The notes beneath the pieces were generated by a model that had not been told where the DNA came from, searched no databases, and saw only the letters and a program-made list of their open reading frames with translations. The translations under genes and the position numbers were made by a program. Positions 12,294 through 24,600 of a DNA stretch of 64,000 nt are shown piece by piece. Location of the stretch: contig CM060732.1 in the NCBI GenBank assembly GCA_030704615.1, positions 47,616,001 to 47,680,000 of the forward strand. The letters run 5' to 3'. Within the stretch, counting starts at the first letter, position 1, and each line of letters starts with the position of its first letter. The stretch comes from Takakia lepidozioides (lineage: Eukaryota > Plantae > Bryophyta).

Positions 12294-15200
12294 TCACCTG
12301 TAATCCCCACAAGAACAACCCCCATCTTGGAAGTGGTGAAATCGATAGGCATCCCGTACAACAATTGTTCGCTCAACAATCTTTGAAATGAATTTGGTGG
12401 CAGTGTGACAGTCACCACACACCCTCAGATTCTTGATGACTCGGATAGGCATCCTAGGGGGTGTGCTGATTAGCCCAAAAGCAATCGCCAACCTCTCACT
12501 GTGATGAGAAACAGAAAGTTCGTTCTGTTTCTCCTCCAAATCATGCGATACAAAGTGTGTGTCAGGCACATACCCAGCCTCCCTCATCTGTCCAGACAAT
12601 CTCCTAAGCTCAGTATGAATATCCTCAATTTGTGGATGTAATTTGTCATCTGCAACAAATGTATGCACCCGGTCACCAACCTCAATGCAGCTATATCCTG
12701 GTTCCTTTTTGACACCTCTTCTCTCCAGCATTGTTCTCACATTTGCTTGATCGACCCACCTGCCAGCCGCACCATATATGTTTGATAATAGCGCATAAGC
12801 TGTGGCGTCCTGGGGATCCCACTTGACAATGCATTTTGATGCATGTTCTGCTAGCTCCACATTGCCATGGATTCTGCAGGCACCAAGCAAGGCTCTCCAT
12901 ACCGAAGCATCTGGTTCAATCGGCATTTTGTTAATGAAGTCCTCGGCCTCATTCAATCGCCCTGCACGGCCAAGGAGGTCCACCATGCAGCCATAATGCT
13001 CTAGTGTAGGTGAAAGACCATGACATCGGCTCATAGAATCAAAGTAATGACAGCCTTCATCCACTAGGCCCACATGGCTACATGCAGATAGAAGAGATAT
13101 AAAGCTGATACTGTCTGGCTTCAAGCCTTTTTGTTGCATTTGTTCAAATAGTTGGAGGACCTCCCTACCACACCCATGTTGAGCATATCCTGAGATTATA
13201 GAACCCCATGAGACCACATCTCGTTCGGCCATGTTGTCGAATACTTTACGTGCATCCGCTAAGCTCCCACATTTGGCGTACATGTTCACAAGGGTATTCT
13301 CCAAATTAATAAATGACACAATTCCAGCTTTCCTCATGTCAGCATGTATATGTTTGCCCTTTTCTAAGCATCCTAGGCTGGTGCATGCATTGAGAACAGA
13401 AATGAACGTGACCCTGTCAGGCGTGACCCCTTGCCGTTGCATGTGCTCATACATTACCAGAGCCTCTTGACCATAACCATGCTGAGCATATCCTGCAATC
13501 ATCGCACTCCATGAGACCAAATCTCGTTCAACCATACTGTTAAACACTTCACATGCATCCTTTACACTCCCGCATTTGGCGTACATGTCAACAAGAGCAG
13601 TCTCCAGGCTGACATCTGGCACAACTCCACTTTTGTTCATGTCATCATGGACCCTCTTGCCCTTTTCCAGTGCTCCTAGGCTGGCACAAGCATTGAGGAT
13701 GCAAGTGAAGGTGACCCTGTCTGGTGTCACCGCTTCCCATTGCATTTGCTCATAGATCTTCAAAGCCTCTTCACCACATCCATGCAGAGCATATCCTGCA
13801 ATCATAACATTCCATATGACCAGATCTCGTTTAGCCATACTGTCAAACACTTCATGTGCATCCTTCATGCTCCCACATTTGGCATACATGTCAACAAGTG
13901 AAGTCTCCAAATTAATATATGACACTATCCCAGCGTTCATGATGTCGGCATGAACCTCTCTGCCCTTTTCCAAGGCTCCTACACTGGCACATGCATTGAG
14001 AACGCAAATGTAGGTCACCCTATCAGGCATCACCCTTTCACGTTGCATTTCCTCATAGATCTTCAAAGCATCCATACCACACCCATGTTGAGTGTATCCT
14101 GTGATCATAGAACTCCATGAGACCACATCTCGTTCAGCCATATTGTCAAAAACTTCGTGTCCATCCTTCATGCTCCCGCATTTGGCATACATATCAATGA
14201 GGCTGTTCTCCAAACTAATATATGACCCCATTCCAGCTTTCCTGATGTGAGCATGAACCCACTTGCCTTTTTCCAGTGCTTTTAGGCTAGCACATGCATT
14301 TAGACTGCAAATGAATGTAACCCTGTCAGGTGTTACCCCTTCCTGTCGCATGTTCTCGTAGATCTTGAGAGCCTCTACACCATACCCATGTTGAGCGTAT
14401 CCTGCGATCATGGCGTTCCAGGAGACCACATCTCGTTTTGCCATTTTTCCGAACACTTGACGTGCATCCTTTATGCTCCCGCATTTGGCATACATGTTAA
14501 CAAGAGTATTCTCCAAATTAACATATGAGGTAAATCCGGCTTTCACAATATCAATATGTACCTCTTTGCCCTTTTCCAGGGCCTTTAAGGTGGCACACGC
14601 ATTGAGAACAGAAATGAAGGTGACTATATTTGGCGTCACTCCTTCTTGTTGCATTTGCTCATACAGCTTGAAAGCCTCATTAGCATACCCATGCTGAGCA
14701 TATCCTGCAATCATCGCACTCCATGATACGACATCTCGCTTAGTCATGCTGTCAAACACTTGTTGTGCATCCTTCATGCTCCCACATTTGGCATACATAT
14801 TCACAAGGGTGTTCTCTAAATTAATAAATAACGCAATTCCAGCTTTCATGATGTCGGCGTGGACCTCTTTGCCCTTTTCAAAAGATCTTAGGCTAGCGCA
14901 AACATTGAGAACACATATGAATGTAATCCTGTCAGGCGTCAACCCTTCCTGCTGCATCTGCTCATAGATTTTAAAAGCCTCCTTACCACACCCATGTCGG
15001 GCATATCCTGCTATCATTATAGTCCATGTAAATGTATCTCGTTCAGGCATTTTGTCAAACACTTGGCATGCATCCACTAGGCTCCCACATTTGGCATACA
15101 TGTTGACAAGGGTGTTGAGTAGAACAATATCTGGCTTGAATCCACTCTGGATAATCTGGGCATGCACCTGCTTTCCCTCTGCTAGATCTTTCATTTTGAT

Positions 15201-16841
15201 ACATTCCTGCAGGAGACAGATGTAAGTATTGGAGTCTGCCCACATGCCTCGTCGGGTCAAAATGTCCACCGCCTCTTTCAGACGTCCTGCCTTACATAGA
15301 GTCCTCATATCCCCAGAAGTGCCAGAATAGTTCTTGTTGACTTCCTCTCTTTGTCCTCTTTCAAAAGCAGTGGTGATGGAGGTACTACTCTGGCTGCCAG
15401 TTTGACATCCAACAAGCAATTGTGCCTGATTCGACCGTGCCATCCTGTGTGACTCCAACTCGTAAATGCAAGCTTGTAGGATGTCAAGTTGAATAATAAA
15501 TCCCAAAACTCCTGGATGCTCAAAACAAAGATCTCTTCATGGTACAGGCTTCTTGCAGCAGATTTACAAACAACACCAATTCTCTCTAAAACCTTGAATC
15601 GTGATCAAGACAATACCTGCTGTATTGTCTTCGTGGAGATACATTCTGTATGTCAACATTTGAATCATCACCAGATTGTACAACAATGGCAGTTAGCTCT
15701 GGTTCCACCCAAGGATGATATGTCCAACTCGAAATCCAAAGCACCTCCTTGGCCCGCTTATGTCCAAAGTCTGGTGATCTTGCATGTTTCTGTGAAAAGC
15801 AGGAGTGGGCAGCTGAGCAGCCATAGCTTCAAGCACAGCCTTGCATTGAGCTACAACCAACAAAGCACCACACGTAGAGCCTTAAACAACATGTCATAAC
15901 TTTGAACAAAGCAACTTCAATGTTGTTGTTGACTAATAACTGACTGATTCACCAATAAGAACGCAACCATGATCCAGCACAAAAATACATTATACCAGCT
16001 TTACCGAGAATCCTACACATGACTGGGTAATAACTGAGATAATTCACCTTGTTAGTTGTACTGCCCCACCATTTTGAAGGCTCCGACTTGAACTCCTGCC
16101 AAAGCTGTTCTATAACTTTTGCTCGGCCTGCATGCAAACACCACTAAAGGATATGTCCTTAGCATAACCCTACTTGCATAAGGAATGCTGGAGTAGGCAT
16201 TCATCCTCTCTCTCCGCCACTGCCTGTCCTCAAGGGCTTTTTGACTGTGCAATCAAATCCAAATTTGCTACACTGTATCCAATTGGGGGCTAGAATAGCA
16301 GTATATTACGCCCCTGCTAGCCTTAAACGAGACTCAATCCCTGTAACTGGACCTCCGGCGTCAGTGCTATGATGTTTGCATTTGAGTAACCCCACAACCG
16401 GCTCCAGGAGGGCTAATCCCTGCACTTATGTGAACCCCTATCCATCCCTTAGTGTGATTGTGGCTCTACAATGGTCCAGAGACACAACAGCAATGAATCA
16501 CATCTTTGGTGATGAGCCCTCTCCATTCAGGGGTGAGCTCAAATGCTGCAATCTTCGAAATTGCAGCGATTCCAGATGAGGCCTGGGAAGATACAAAATT
16601 TTATACCTTTCTGTAGTTCACCTGGACGCTGGAGAGCCGTCATATTCACCACTTGCAAGCGTCTTGATCCCAGCATTGACAAGCCGGATGCCGACTTCAC
16701 CTCCACAGCCTGGCCTGTTAAGTTGCTACGTAACGTGAGGCCGCCTGCCCCTCCCGCCCCTTCACCGCAAGGAGAAGGAGATAGGGCTTTGCCCATGGCC
16801 TCTGCCTGTTCGCTCAGGAGATCTGCACAGCACGCTGCCAT
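12294..16841 (-). CDS. PLS-class PPR-E-DYW organellar C-to-U RNA-editing factor with an N-terminal OSB-type PDF motif; join(16841-16607,16127-16048,15789-15617,15444-12294), 1212 aa
   Basis: The last exon has about 23 P/L/S motifs, E1/E2, PG box (KKEPGYSCIEV), HSERLA...CGDCH and the terminus CSCGDYR. Three upstream exons with canonical GT/AG join in phase (235+80+173+3151=3639 nt) and encode LWQEFKSEPSKWWGSTTNK-KHARSPDFGHKRAKEVLWISSWTYHPWVEPEL. The PPR-DYW call is near certain; the upstream exons are inferred. Confidence 0.85.
13130..15230 (-). repeat. Coding tandem array of about 303-nt (101-aa) P-L-S triplets
   Basis: Seven MYAKCGS motifs at 101-aa spacing, with high nucleotide similarity between units (CACATTTGGCATACAT-like motif recurring about every 303 bp). 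Confidence 0.9.
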
Positions 16842-17299
16842 TGCTGAGAGAGGGCTCTCAAAAGCGAGCCCACAGTGAGACCACTGCCTCGTATACCGTA
16901 TATGATACGCAGCCCTTGGTATACAGGAGGCTCACATATATTCCTGAAGATCGATGGTACAGTCGTGACGTCGTGATAGTAGGCTGATGGAAAGAAGAGG
17001 CTGGTGCTGGCAGGTATGAGAGCTCTCCCCACACACGGACACGCACACACACCAGCGCGCTTTCTTTGCATGTTGGATAGCTTGCCACATCTCTTGCTGT
17101 TGTACTTTCCTTTGAATTACATTGCAATTCGCTTTGAAATGTAGTCGATCTTGAGGTGGGTACTTCTTCCGGAGAGAGATGTCTCCCTGTTCTATTGCGG
17201 CGTGATACCGGTGGAAGTTTTCAAGAAGCCTTCCGTTTTATTCTGATTTGGGTTTTTCCCCTTCGTATTCTTGGAGCCTTCTCTCAGTTGGGATTTCTC

Positions 17300-18177
17300 C
17301 AAGCAATGCTTGGCGCCAGAAGCACAACTCCATCTCATATCCTAGGTGCAGAGTTCGCATGTATACCATTGCAAACCGAGGCCCTGTTCCGGCTTACAAT
17401 CTTTCTCCATAGATTACAGGCCCTTCCACCCAAGGGGCTCGTGGCAAGGGCCCTCGCAACATCTATGAGGCTCAAAGCTGCAGGTTTCAGGAACTCCTGG
17501 TATGCTCGAGTGAACAGTTTATTTCAACGCAACGGACACTCTACTGCTTCCCTATTATCAATGAATCCAGATGAGGTGGACATCACATCCAGACATGACC
17601 GCAACAGACTCATTCGGAGAGAGCTTATGGAATTACATGTTAAGAGAACTTGGAAGCAACCCAATCTCACGACAAAGCTCCACTTCTATCGAGAGACATT
17701 CTTGTGCTCCGAGATGATAGAATCTTGAGGTCAAATTACCTTTCAGCATCATTATCTCCTTCCCTCCTGAGGGCATTGGGGCGGTTCAGGGTGGGTTCCA
17801 CAACCTACGGATAGAGACTGGCAGATGGGAAAACCTGCAACGGGAGGACCGCCTATGTCCAGCTTGCATAGGGCGCAGCCAGGAAATTGAAACTGAAGAA
17901 TACTTGTTCTTCTTCTGCCCTCTATACTACGAGATCCGTGGGAGATTCCACTGTTTATTTAGTGGAACCCAATCTCTCACTGAAGTCTTCCACTACGAGG
18001 ATCAAAAATGCTTGGCAGCCTACCTGCACGAGACCTTCACCCTTAGACAGTCGCTAGAACATTAATTGTTATTCTTGGTTTCTGGATTTGTTCCTCTCTC
18101 ATGTTTTTCTTCCATTTTGTCCCATAAGCTCTATGAGCTTTCCGCGGACGTTATAAAGCACCATTTCATTTCGTTTC
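17300..18177 (+). mobile_element. 5'-truncated APE-type LINE 3' end (RTEX/L2-like)
   Basis: Absent from copy 2, which reads GGATTTCTC|TCTTTCATG. Encodes LGARSTTPSHILGAEF...RFRVGSHNLRIETGRW...DRLCPAC...EEYLFFFCPLY (C-terminal Zn knuckle, with stop/frameshift). The tail is CATTTCATTTCGTTTC. Confidence 0.85.
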
Positions 18178-19171
18178 TCTTTCATGGGGAGTTGGGGAGA
18201 CCTTCAAGGACGTTGATGAAGATTCTTCTTCAGAGTCCATGATTGGTTACAAGAGGACATGCACGTCTGGATTTTCAATTGTACCCCTGAGCCCGCGGGT
18301 GGGAAGTGCAGCTGTTATTTGCTATACAATGCTGGACGGGAGCTAGAGAAGAGTAGAGTAATAAATCTGGAGCCGATGATACAATGCGGGATGGTGTTCT
18401 GGTGAGGTGTTTATTTTGCGCACAGGTTGGACTTGTTCCTCGTAGCCTTCGAAAGACTATCGGAAATTTGATCAAAAAAAGGGTATGATGCAAGATTCTC
18501 CCTTTCACATTCAGAGTGTCGCAATCCGTCAGACGGCCCTGGACATCATTGCACCGCAAGTTCCAGATGAAAATTGTACCGTTGCAATTGGAGGTTGGGT
18601 ACAGGTAGTTAGGCATCACATTAAGGATGTCTGTATTTTGCTCTTGATCTCAGAGCCATAATCTTCTTCCTAGCAATCTCAAAAGCCTGTTGCAACGTAT
18701 CCTGTGCATGCCATAGATATGATCACGGTCCAGCTTCTTCAGCACTGTCAAAAAACAATGACAAGCAGGAATCTTGCGGCCCGGTGAGGGAAGGCAAAGC
18801 CTGGGCCAGGATTTGTTGTGGCAGAAGTATTCCAACATGGTTTCTCAGAGCAGCATCTATCTTAAGTATTTTCCCTTGAAATCCTCCAGGTGGCTGAATA
18901 CGTAAGCCTAGGGACATGATCTAGAAGCATCCCTTGAAATGGACTTTTTTTGTGTGCAACAGGTAGATAGCATGATTTCCCCTTGGTGGCTAATGCTGCA
19001 CTTTGTTGCCATGTACCACTTACAAGGGCCCCGCTAACGGGCTTCATATCTGTTGTTCCACAGAGCGGTCAGGAGCCGGCTTTCCTTAACTGGGGACCAG
19101 AGTAAAGCCATTTGAAGGCTCTATCAAATCCTTACAAACAAGGGAACAAAAATTGGCAGCAGGAAAGAAGG

Positions 19172-21152
19172 ATGTATCATATCAGAAGCTTGGCTCCTCG
19201 GAGCACTTTAGAAGAATATCAAAAGCTTGGTTGCCATCAACTGTGTGAACAAAAGGTTCTTCCGTTCAAAGTCCTTGCTCTGATGCCACCAACTTGTCCA
19301 ATGAGAGCTCTGCCATCACCGATGGAATATGTATCACAGCTAGATCCCCAATATATCTGGTGATATACCCACCCCACATGGCAGTAGTCATATTGCAGTT
19401 GGTGGTTTGCCTATCATTCCTGGTGCTAACATGGCATCTTCCAATGCTTCTACTGAGACAGACCCTGCAGAATTTTCCACCTCTCCAACTGTAATAACTG
19501 CTGGCAACACAAAGACAGACTTCATGGAAGAAATGGAGAGCGTTGCACCATGACAGCAGGAGCCATGTGATTGTATCTGATCAAATCACCAGGACCACAT
19601 CTTCTGGGTTGTGGTTACATGACAATTCAAGTTTCAGTTTCCACGCTTCACCACAGAAATTGACCACTGCAACGTCTGCTACAAGGGCCAAGTGGAAGGA
19701 GGACATGACATTCGGTTTGAAAAAGGTGCCATCCCTGTACTAGTGCTTGAGAGTTTTCAAAGTTGTCTATCCGATTGGTTTGATCTGTGAGTCAAGGAAA
19801 CTACATTTCTTGAACATGCATTGGTGGGGAACATGTAACATTGGTAAATGGACTCATATACACTCACATCCAAAAGCAATCTGAAAGCACCAGCAAAGAA
19901 CTAAATTGTTGAAATATACACTCATGATTGCAGTTCATACTTGACCGTCAGCAGTACGAATCACTGACTCCTGCATCTCCTGCTGACTGGATAAGTCCCA
20001 ACACTCATTTGCTTTCAGAAGTCAAGCACCACATGCGTGAATTCTGCAAAAAATACCAAAAAAACGTTTATGTTTTCCATAGCTAGCCCCTACCCAAGTG
20101 AAGCAGTTACTGAAGCAACCACATTTCAAATAATTAATTCTTTGTACAAGTAGTTAAACAAGCGATTGTGCTGATGATTTAACACCGCCAACATTTTTCA
20201 TGCTAACAATGCCCAGTTGTTATAACTAACTTCAAAGGAGTGGTCTACAAGGGGGTCAACAAAAGACTAACCTGCTACGGGTGTGGTCATTATTCTTTTG
20301 GAAAAAGTAAAACAACTTCCCTAATCAACCATCGGGAGCTAAAATCAAGAGAGTCCATGATAACAAAGGTTCTGCAGCAGAAGAAAAGAGCTGATGAACA
20401 GAATAACCACCTGATGATAATGGACTGATTAACTCCATCTGCACAACACGCAGAATTGCTGGGGAAGCACCTTTTACAATTTTCAGATTTTGTATACACA
20501 TGCCTTAAGATGACTGATCCTGCGCTAAGTTCTTTTCAGTACTACATTGGCTGTACATTCAAACTTATTTCTACGTATGATTAGATGAATCTCCCAATAA
20601 ATGCACTGCAGCCTTAATTGGTATCACACAGCAGCATTAAGTTGGGATGTAAAGCACAGATGTACCTCTAACCATATAGGCACTGTCAGCCGTCATGTAC
20701 ACATGTGGGTGCAAGCTCTCTCTGGTCCGTTTCCGGTAGGCTCCAATGAAATCATAACCATATATTGGAGAGTCTTTAAAAGGATTAACCACTATTAGAA
20801 CAGGGCCAGCTCTTGTCTGCACAGTTGACACACAAGCACATAGACAACTATCAGCACCACTTGACCACATAATGAGAGAAACTGATTTTCGATATTCAGA
20901 TCACCCTGTGCCAAAAGGACCTCACTGATTGGGCGTATGTTTAATTCAAATTAAAAATAAGGGGATACACATAGAACAGATCCAATTCAGTACCAAGAGA
21001 AACAATGACCCTCACATAAATTGTGTCCTGTGCATATCGATAAGCAAGATTATGAAGAACTGAAGGCTCGTTGAGGTAGCTAAGCTGGATAAGGTCATCC
21101 ACTCCTTCAAGGATGTCAGGATTTGCAGGTAGTAGCTTGCCTGTAGTTGCTT
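19172..21152. pseudogene. Truncated, rearranged myosin VIII pseudogene fragment
   Basis: Exon 1 copy ([13 protein letters not shown]...) has a frameshifting deletion relative to 34859-35488. Exon 2 and exons 3-5 are present only in inverted orientation, and nothing follows exon 5. Confidence 0.9.
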
Positions 21153-21658
21153 CTCAATTCTTCAAGGTGACAGACTGTCGGGACTCTAGAGGATGACAGA
21201 CCCAATTACCAGAATTCATTGAATTCCTGAGTAAAATTTTACTTGAAACCTATGGAGAAAGATGGGTATCCAAGATAGAATGACTATTGTATACGAGCCT
21301 GTTGATATCGATTTGTGGAACAACAATCCAGTATAATTTCTTCGTATGCTTTTAATAATTGAATATCAATAATATCTGCTTTCGTAAAAGCAAGTATATT
21401 AGCAAATAGTTTTAAGCAACCACACCTTACGCCCTTTAGTCATCAGATCACAATAAATCGTAATACGTAGGACCGACCTGATGCTAGGGCACCAACCCCA
21501 TCATACACAAACTGACGTCTTGACTTCCAAATAATCCAAAGAGTATGAGCATGGATACAAGTCCAGACCGGACAAGAGTTTCACAGCTTGCTTTGGTCTA
21601 AGTTAAGCAGCAAAAGAGGAGGGTTGGATAATACAGGAAGAGAAGCCTGGTGCATTCC

Positions 21659-24600
21659 TTACCTGTCAATAGCCCAAGAAGATACCAGATCTGTTTCCTC
21701 CGATGAGATAAAAGGTTGTGCAATCTGACGAATCATCAGCTCTCCACAAAATGGGCACTCGCCAGCCACTGCATCATCTAATTGTGCTCGCAGCTGATCT
21801 ACAGGCACGATACGCCCATCAGCTGCCTCAGGGTCAGCATCACGACCACTGTGGGAGGCCTTGCCGCCAGCCCGTACGAGAACCTCCTGGTTCCCCAGTG
21901 ACATAAGACAGCGGAGTAATTCTATTATCCGATCCCTCTCACTTTTGTCAGTGAGTTTTATAACATAATCAGTGAGGCACTGAGCATGAAAGGCGTGTTC
22001 ACAAGGGAACACATAAAAGGGAGCCACTAGAGAGGTGTAACCCCGTGCTACTCCCAAAGCTCCATGTGAGCCTCTTGATGCCAGTATCCGCTGCCCACAA
22101 ACCCCACAGGTTTCATCCCGCTTCACAACAGCATAGCGTTGAGATAGTGCTGAGATGTCGCTCCGAATGTTGTCTGCACCCTGCGTGGCATCATTCATGT
22201 CACGCTTCAGCTCCTCGATTTGTCGGTTGTAGTCCTCCAATGATGTACATATGGCTTCCTTGAAATCATCGATGAGGGAAAAATCTGGAAAGAAGGGAAG
22301 AATATCTTCAATTTTCAGCAACCCATCTGTCTCTCTCAAAAAGGCAATGGCTTTTCGGATGTTCTCCCCCTTTGTGGCCTTGCCCTGCTGTACAACATGC
22401 TTGGCAATCATCAGCCATAACTTCTTCCTCAACTCCTCATTGTCCTCCACCTTATCAGCCTCTAATTTTGCCATTTCGAGATCAACCTGAAGGGCAAGAG
22501 CCACAGCCTCTTCATGCATCCCCATCATGCCATAGATAAAGACACACGCACGCATGCACTTCTCTTCCAGACACAAACGTAAGGCATACTTGGGATCATA
22601 AAAGTAGTCAGGCCCATCCAAGCGCCCCTTGCCATGTTTGGCATCCAGAAACCGAAGCAACACAGTCTCATCCGCCTGTTTGGCATACAGAGAAAGCAAC
22701 AAATTGTGTACTGTGCTATCCTGGTTTTGCTGGCGCTGGATACAATACTCCAGATAACGTATTGCCGCATTTGGCTCATCCCTTGCACGAGGTTCACAGG
22801 AGTAGCGCATCAAAGCAGGAATAAGGCGTCGAGGGTTCAGGGTAAACCCAGTCAGTGTCCATGACTCCACAGTCTCATGCGGGTCCAGCATTATTAGAGC
22901 TGGTGCAAACTTGTACTGCAACTCGGGTGACACAGTTGGTTTTCGGAAAACTGCTAAGGCCTTCTTGGCCTCTCCTTGTTGAATATAGTGATGAATGAGT
23001 GTCTCATAATGCTCCTTCAAACTGGCAAAATAAACCAGTTCCTCCACTCGTCCATAACTGCCCAACAATTTCACAGTGGTGGCTTCATCAAGTACATCCT
23101 TGCAGTCATTGAGGAATGCCCGAAATTCCCTCACGGTGCTCTGGTATTCTGCAATTGTACTGCTGTCTTCTTCTTTAAGCTGTCCCTCATTCTCCTTTTC
23201 AGCACCCAAGAGTAGCCTGTTGATCTTATCCAAGTAAAGCTCAGCAGCCCAAGTAGAGATCATGGTGATTTGAGATCGGTCCTCTTTGCCCATAAAATCA
23301 AGCTTCCTTAGCAAAAATGTCCGCAATGCATCTGGTTGACTTACTGTGATGAACTTTAAGGCCACGGTTTCAAATGTTGCCACAGTGGTTGTCTTGGCAT
23401 AGAATGATGCCGCTCGTGAATAATCTCCGGCATCAAATGCAGCCTCTGCCTGTGCAGCATATACATAGTCTTTCCGGATGGGATCTGGACAGTGCTCCAG
23501 GGCAGCTGCATACTCTTTCAAGCTCAAATATACCTGCCACATGTCTCGTCCCTCATCTTGAACCGTTATCTCAAAGATGGAGTTCTCATCAAAGGCATAG
23601 AAGGCACCAGCAGCTCCGTCAGAGCAAAGTCCCAGCATGTTAGGGGAGCCGAGGTCAAGCCGATTATCAAATCGTTCCTCCTGTACTACCTTCTGACTCA
23701 CTCTATTCACCACCTTGAGGTTATTCCCAAACAGTACGAGGAAATGGAAATCAGTCAATGCTAGAGAGCATGGTTTTGCACTGCCTTCGTCTCCTGCAAA
23801 CTTGGAATACTCTAGTAGCCACTTATTCTCCACATTACTTTCATCGCCATGGTTCTGATTGGCACTTGGTTGAGCGCCAAGGTTCAGATGGCCATGGTAA
23901 ATGCCAGGTCCAGCCAGCCATGCAAATCTTTCTGATCTCCGTTGCTTGCCATAGAAATGCAGCTCACTTTTAGGGAGTTCACCAGGGAGCTCAGTAAAGT
24001 GGGGAGTGCTGCTGGCATAAGCAGCAAAGACTGCCTCTAATGAACCAGTCCCAACAAAAACGTACAACCGTGTGGGAGTAGTTGCCATCACGAAATAGCG
24101 CATCGCATGGCCCGTGGTCACTGTCTCCATCTGCACACCAATAAAGGGCTCCGGCATTTCACCGATTGCAAAAAGTTGCTTCACATACTTCTCCTTTTTG
24201 TCTTTCTCCTCAATTGCTGTTTCAAACAATTCCCCCTTTGTGGTTCCCAGGATCACGTCACGTGTAAAGGCTTCATTGATTTGTTGCCTGTTCCAAGCAA
24301 CCGAACTCACTGTAATGTTCTTCAGTTTGCTGAGCACTCGTGGCTTTCTCCACTTTCCATGAATGTAGTACGTATCCGCACCTGCATTGCTGAAAATGGT
24401 GGCCAGCCCGTGCCTGCCGCCTGGATCCATGGACACTGTTTGTACCCACTGATCGGTACCCCGGGTGCTAAGGTCTAACTCCACAGTCTCGCCTGCCCCG
24501 AAGTCATGCCGGACAATCCAGCCTCGATTCGTTCCCACCAGCAGTACATTGTTGCCGGCAGCTACAGAGGTAACTAAACCATGGCCCCTGGCTGCATTTC

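Larger units (their letters stand above)
14970..21152. repeat. Segmental duplication, copy 1 (PPR 5' part, intergenic region, myosin VIII 5' part)
   Basis: Colinear high similarity to 29203-35610 up to 19844. Then 19845-20062 and 20072-21152 match 35611-35828 and 35854-36931 in reverse complement. Confidence 0.95.

Noticed and set aside
12294-12720. U-to-C (DYW:KP type) editor, suggested by the non-DYW terminus
   Set aside because: It has a PG box and HSE, as in C-to-U DYW:PG domains, and lacks KP-type hallmarks.
15445-15506. ORF-track start of the PPR protein (MGFIIQ...)
   Set aside because: It is a TTG codon lying in predicted intron 3. The spliced model from ATG 16841 explains the region better.
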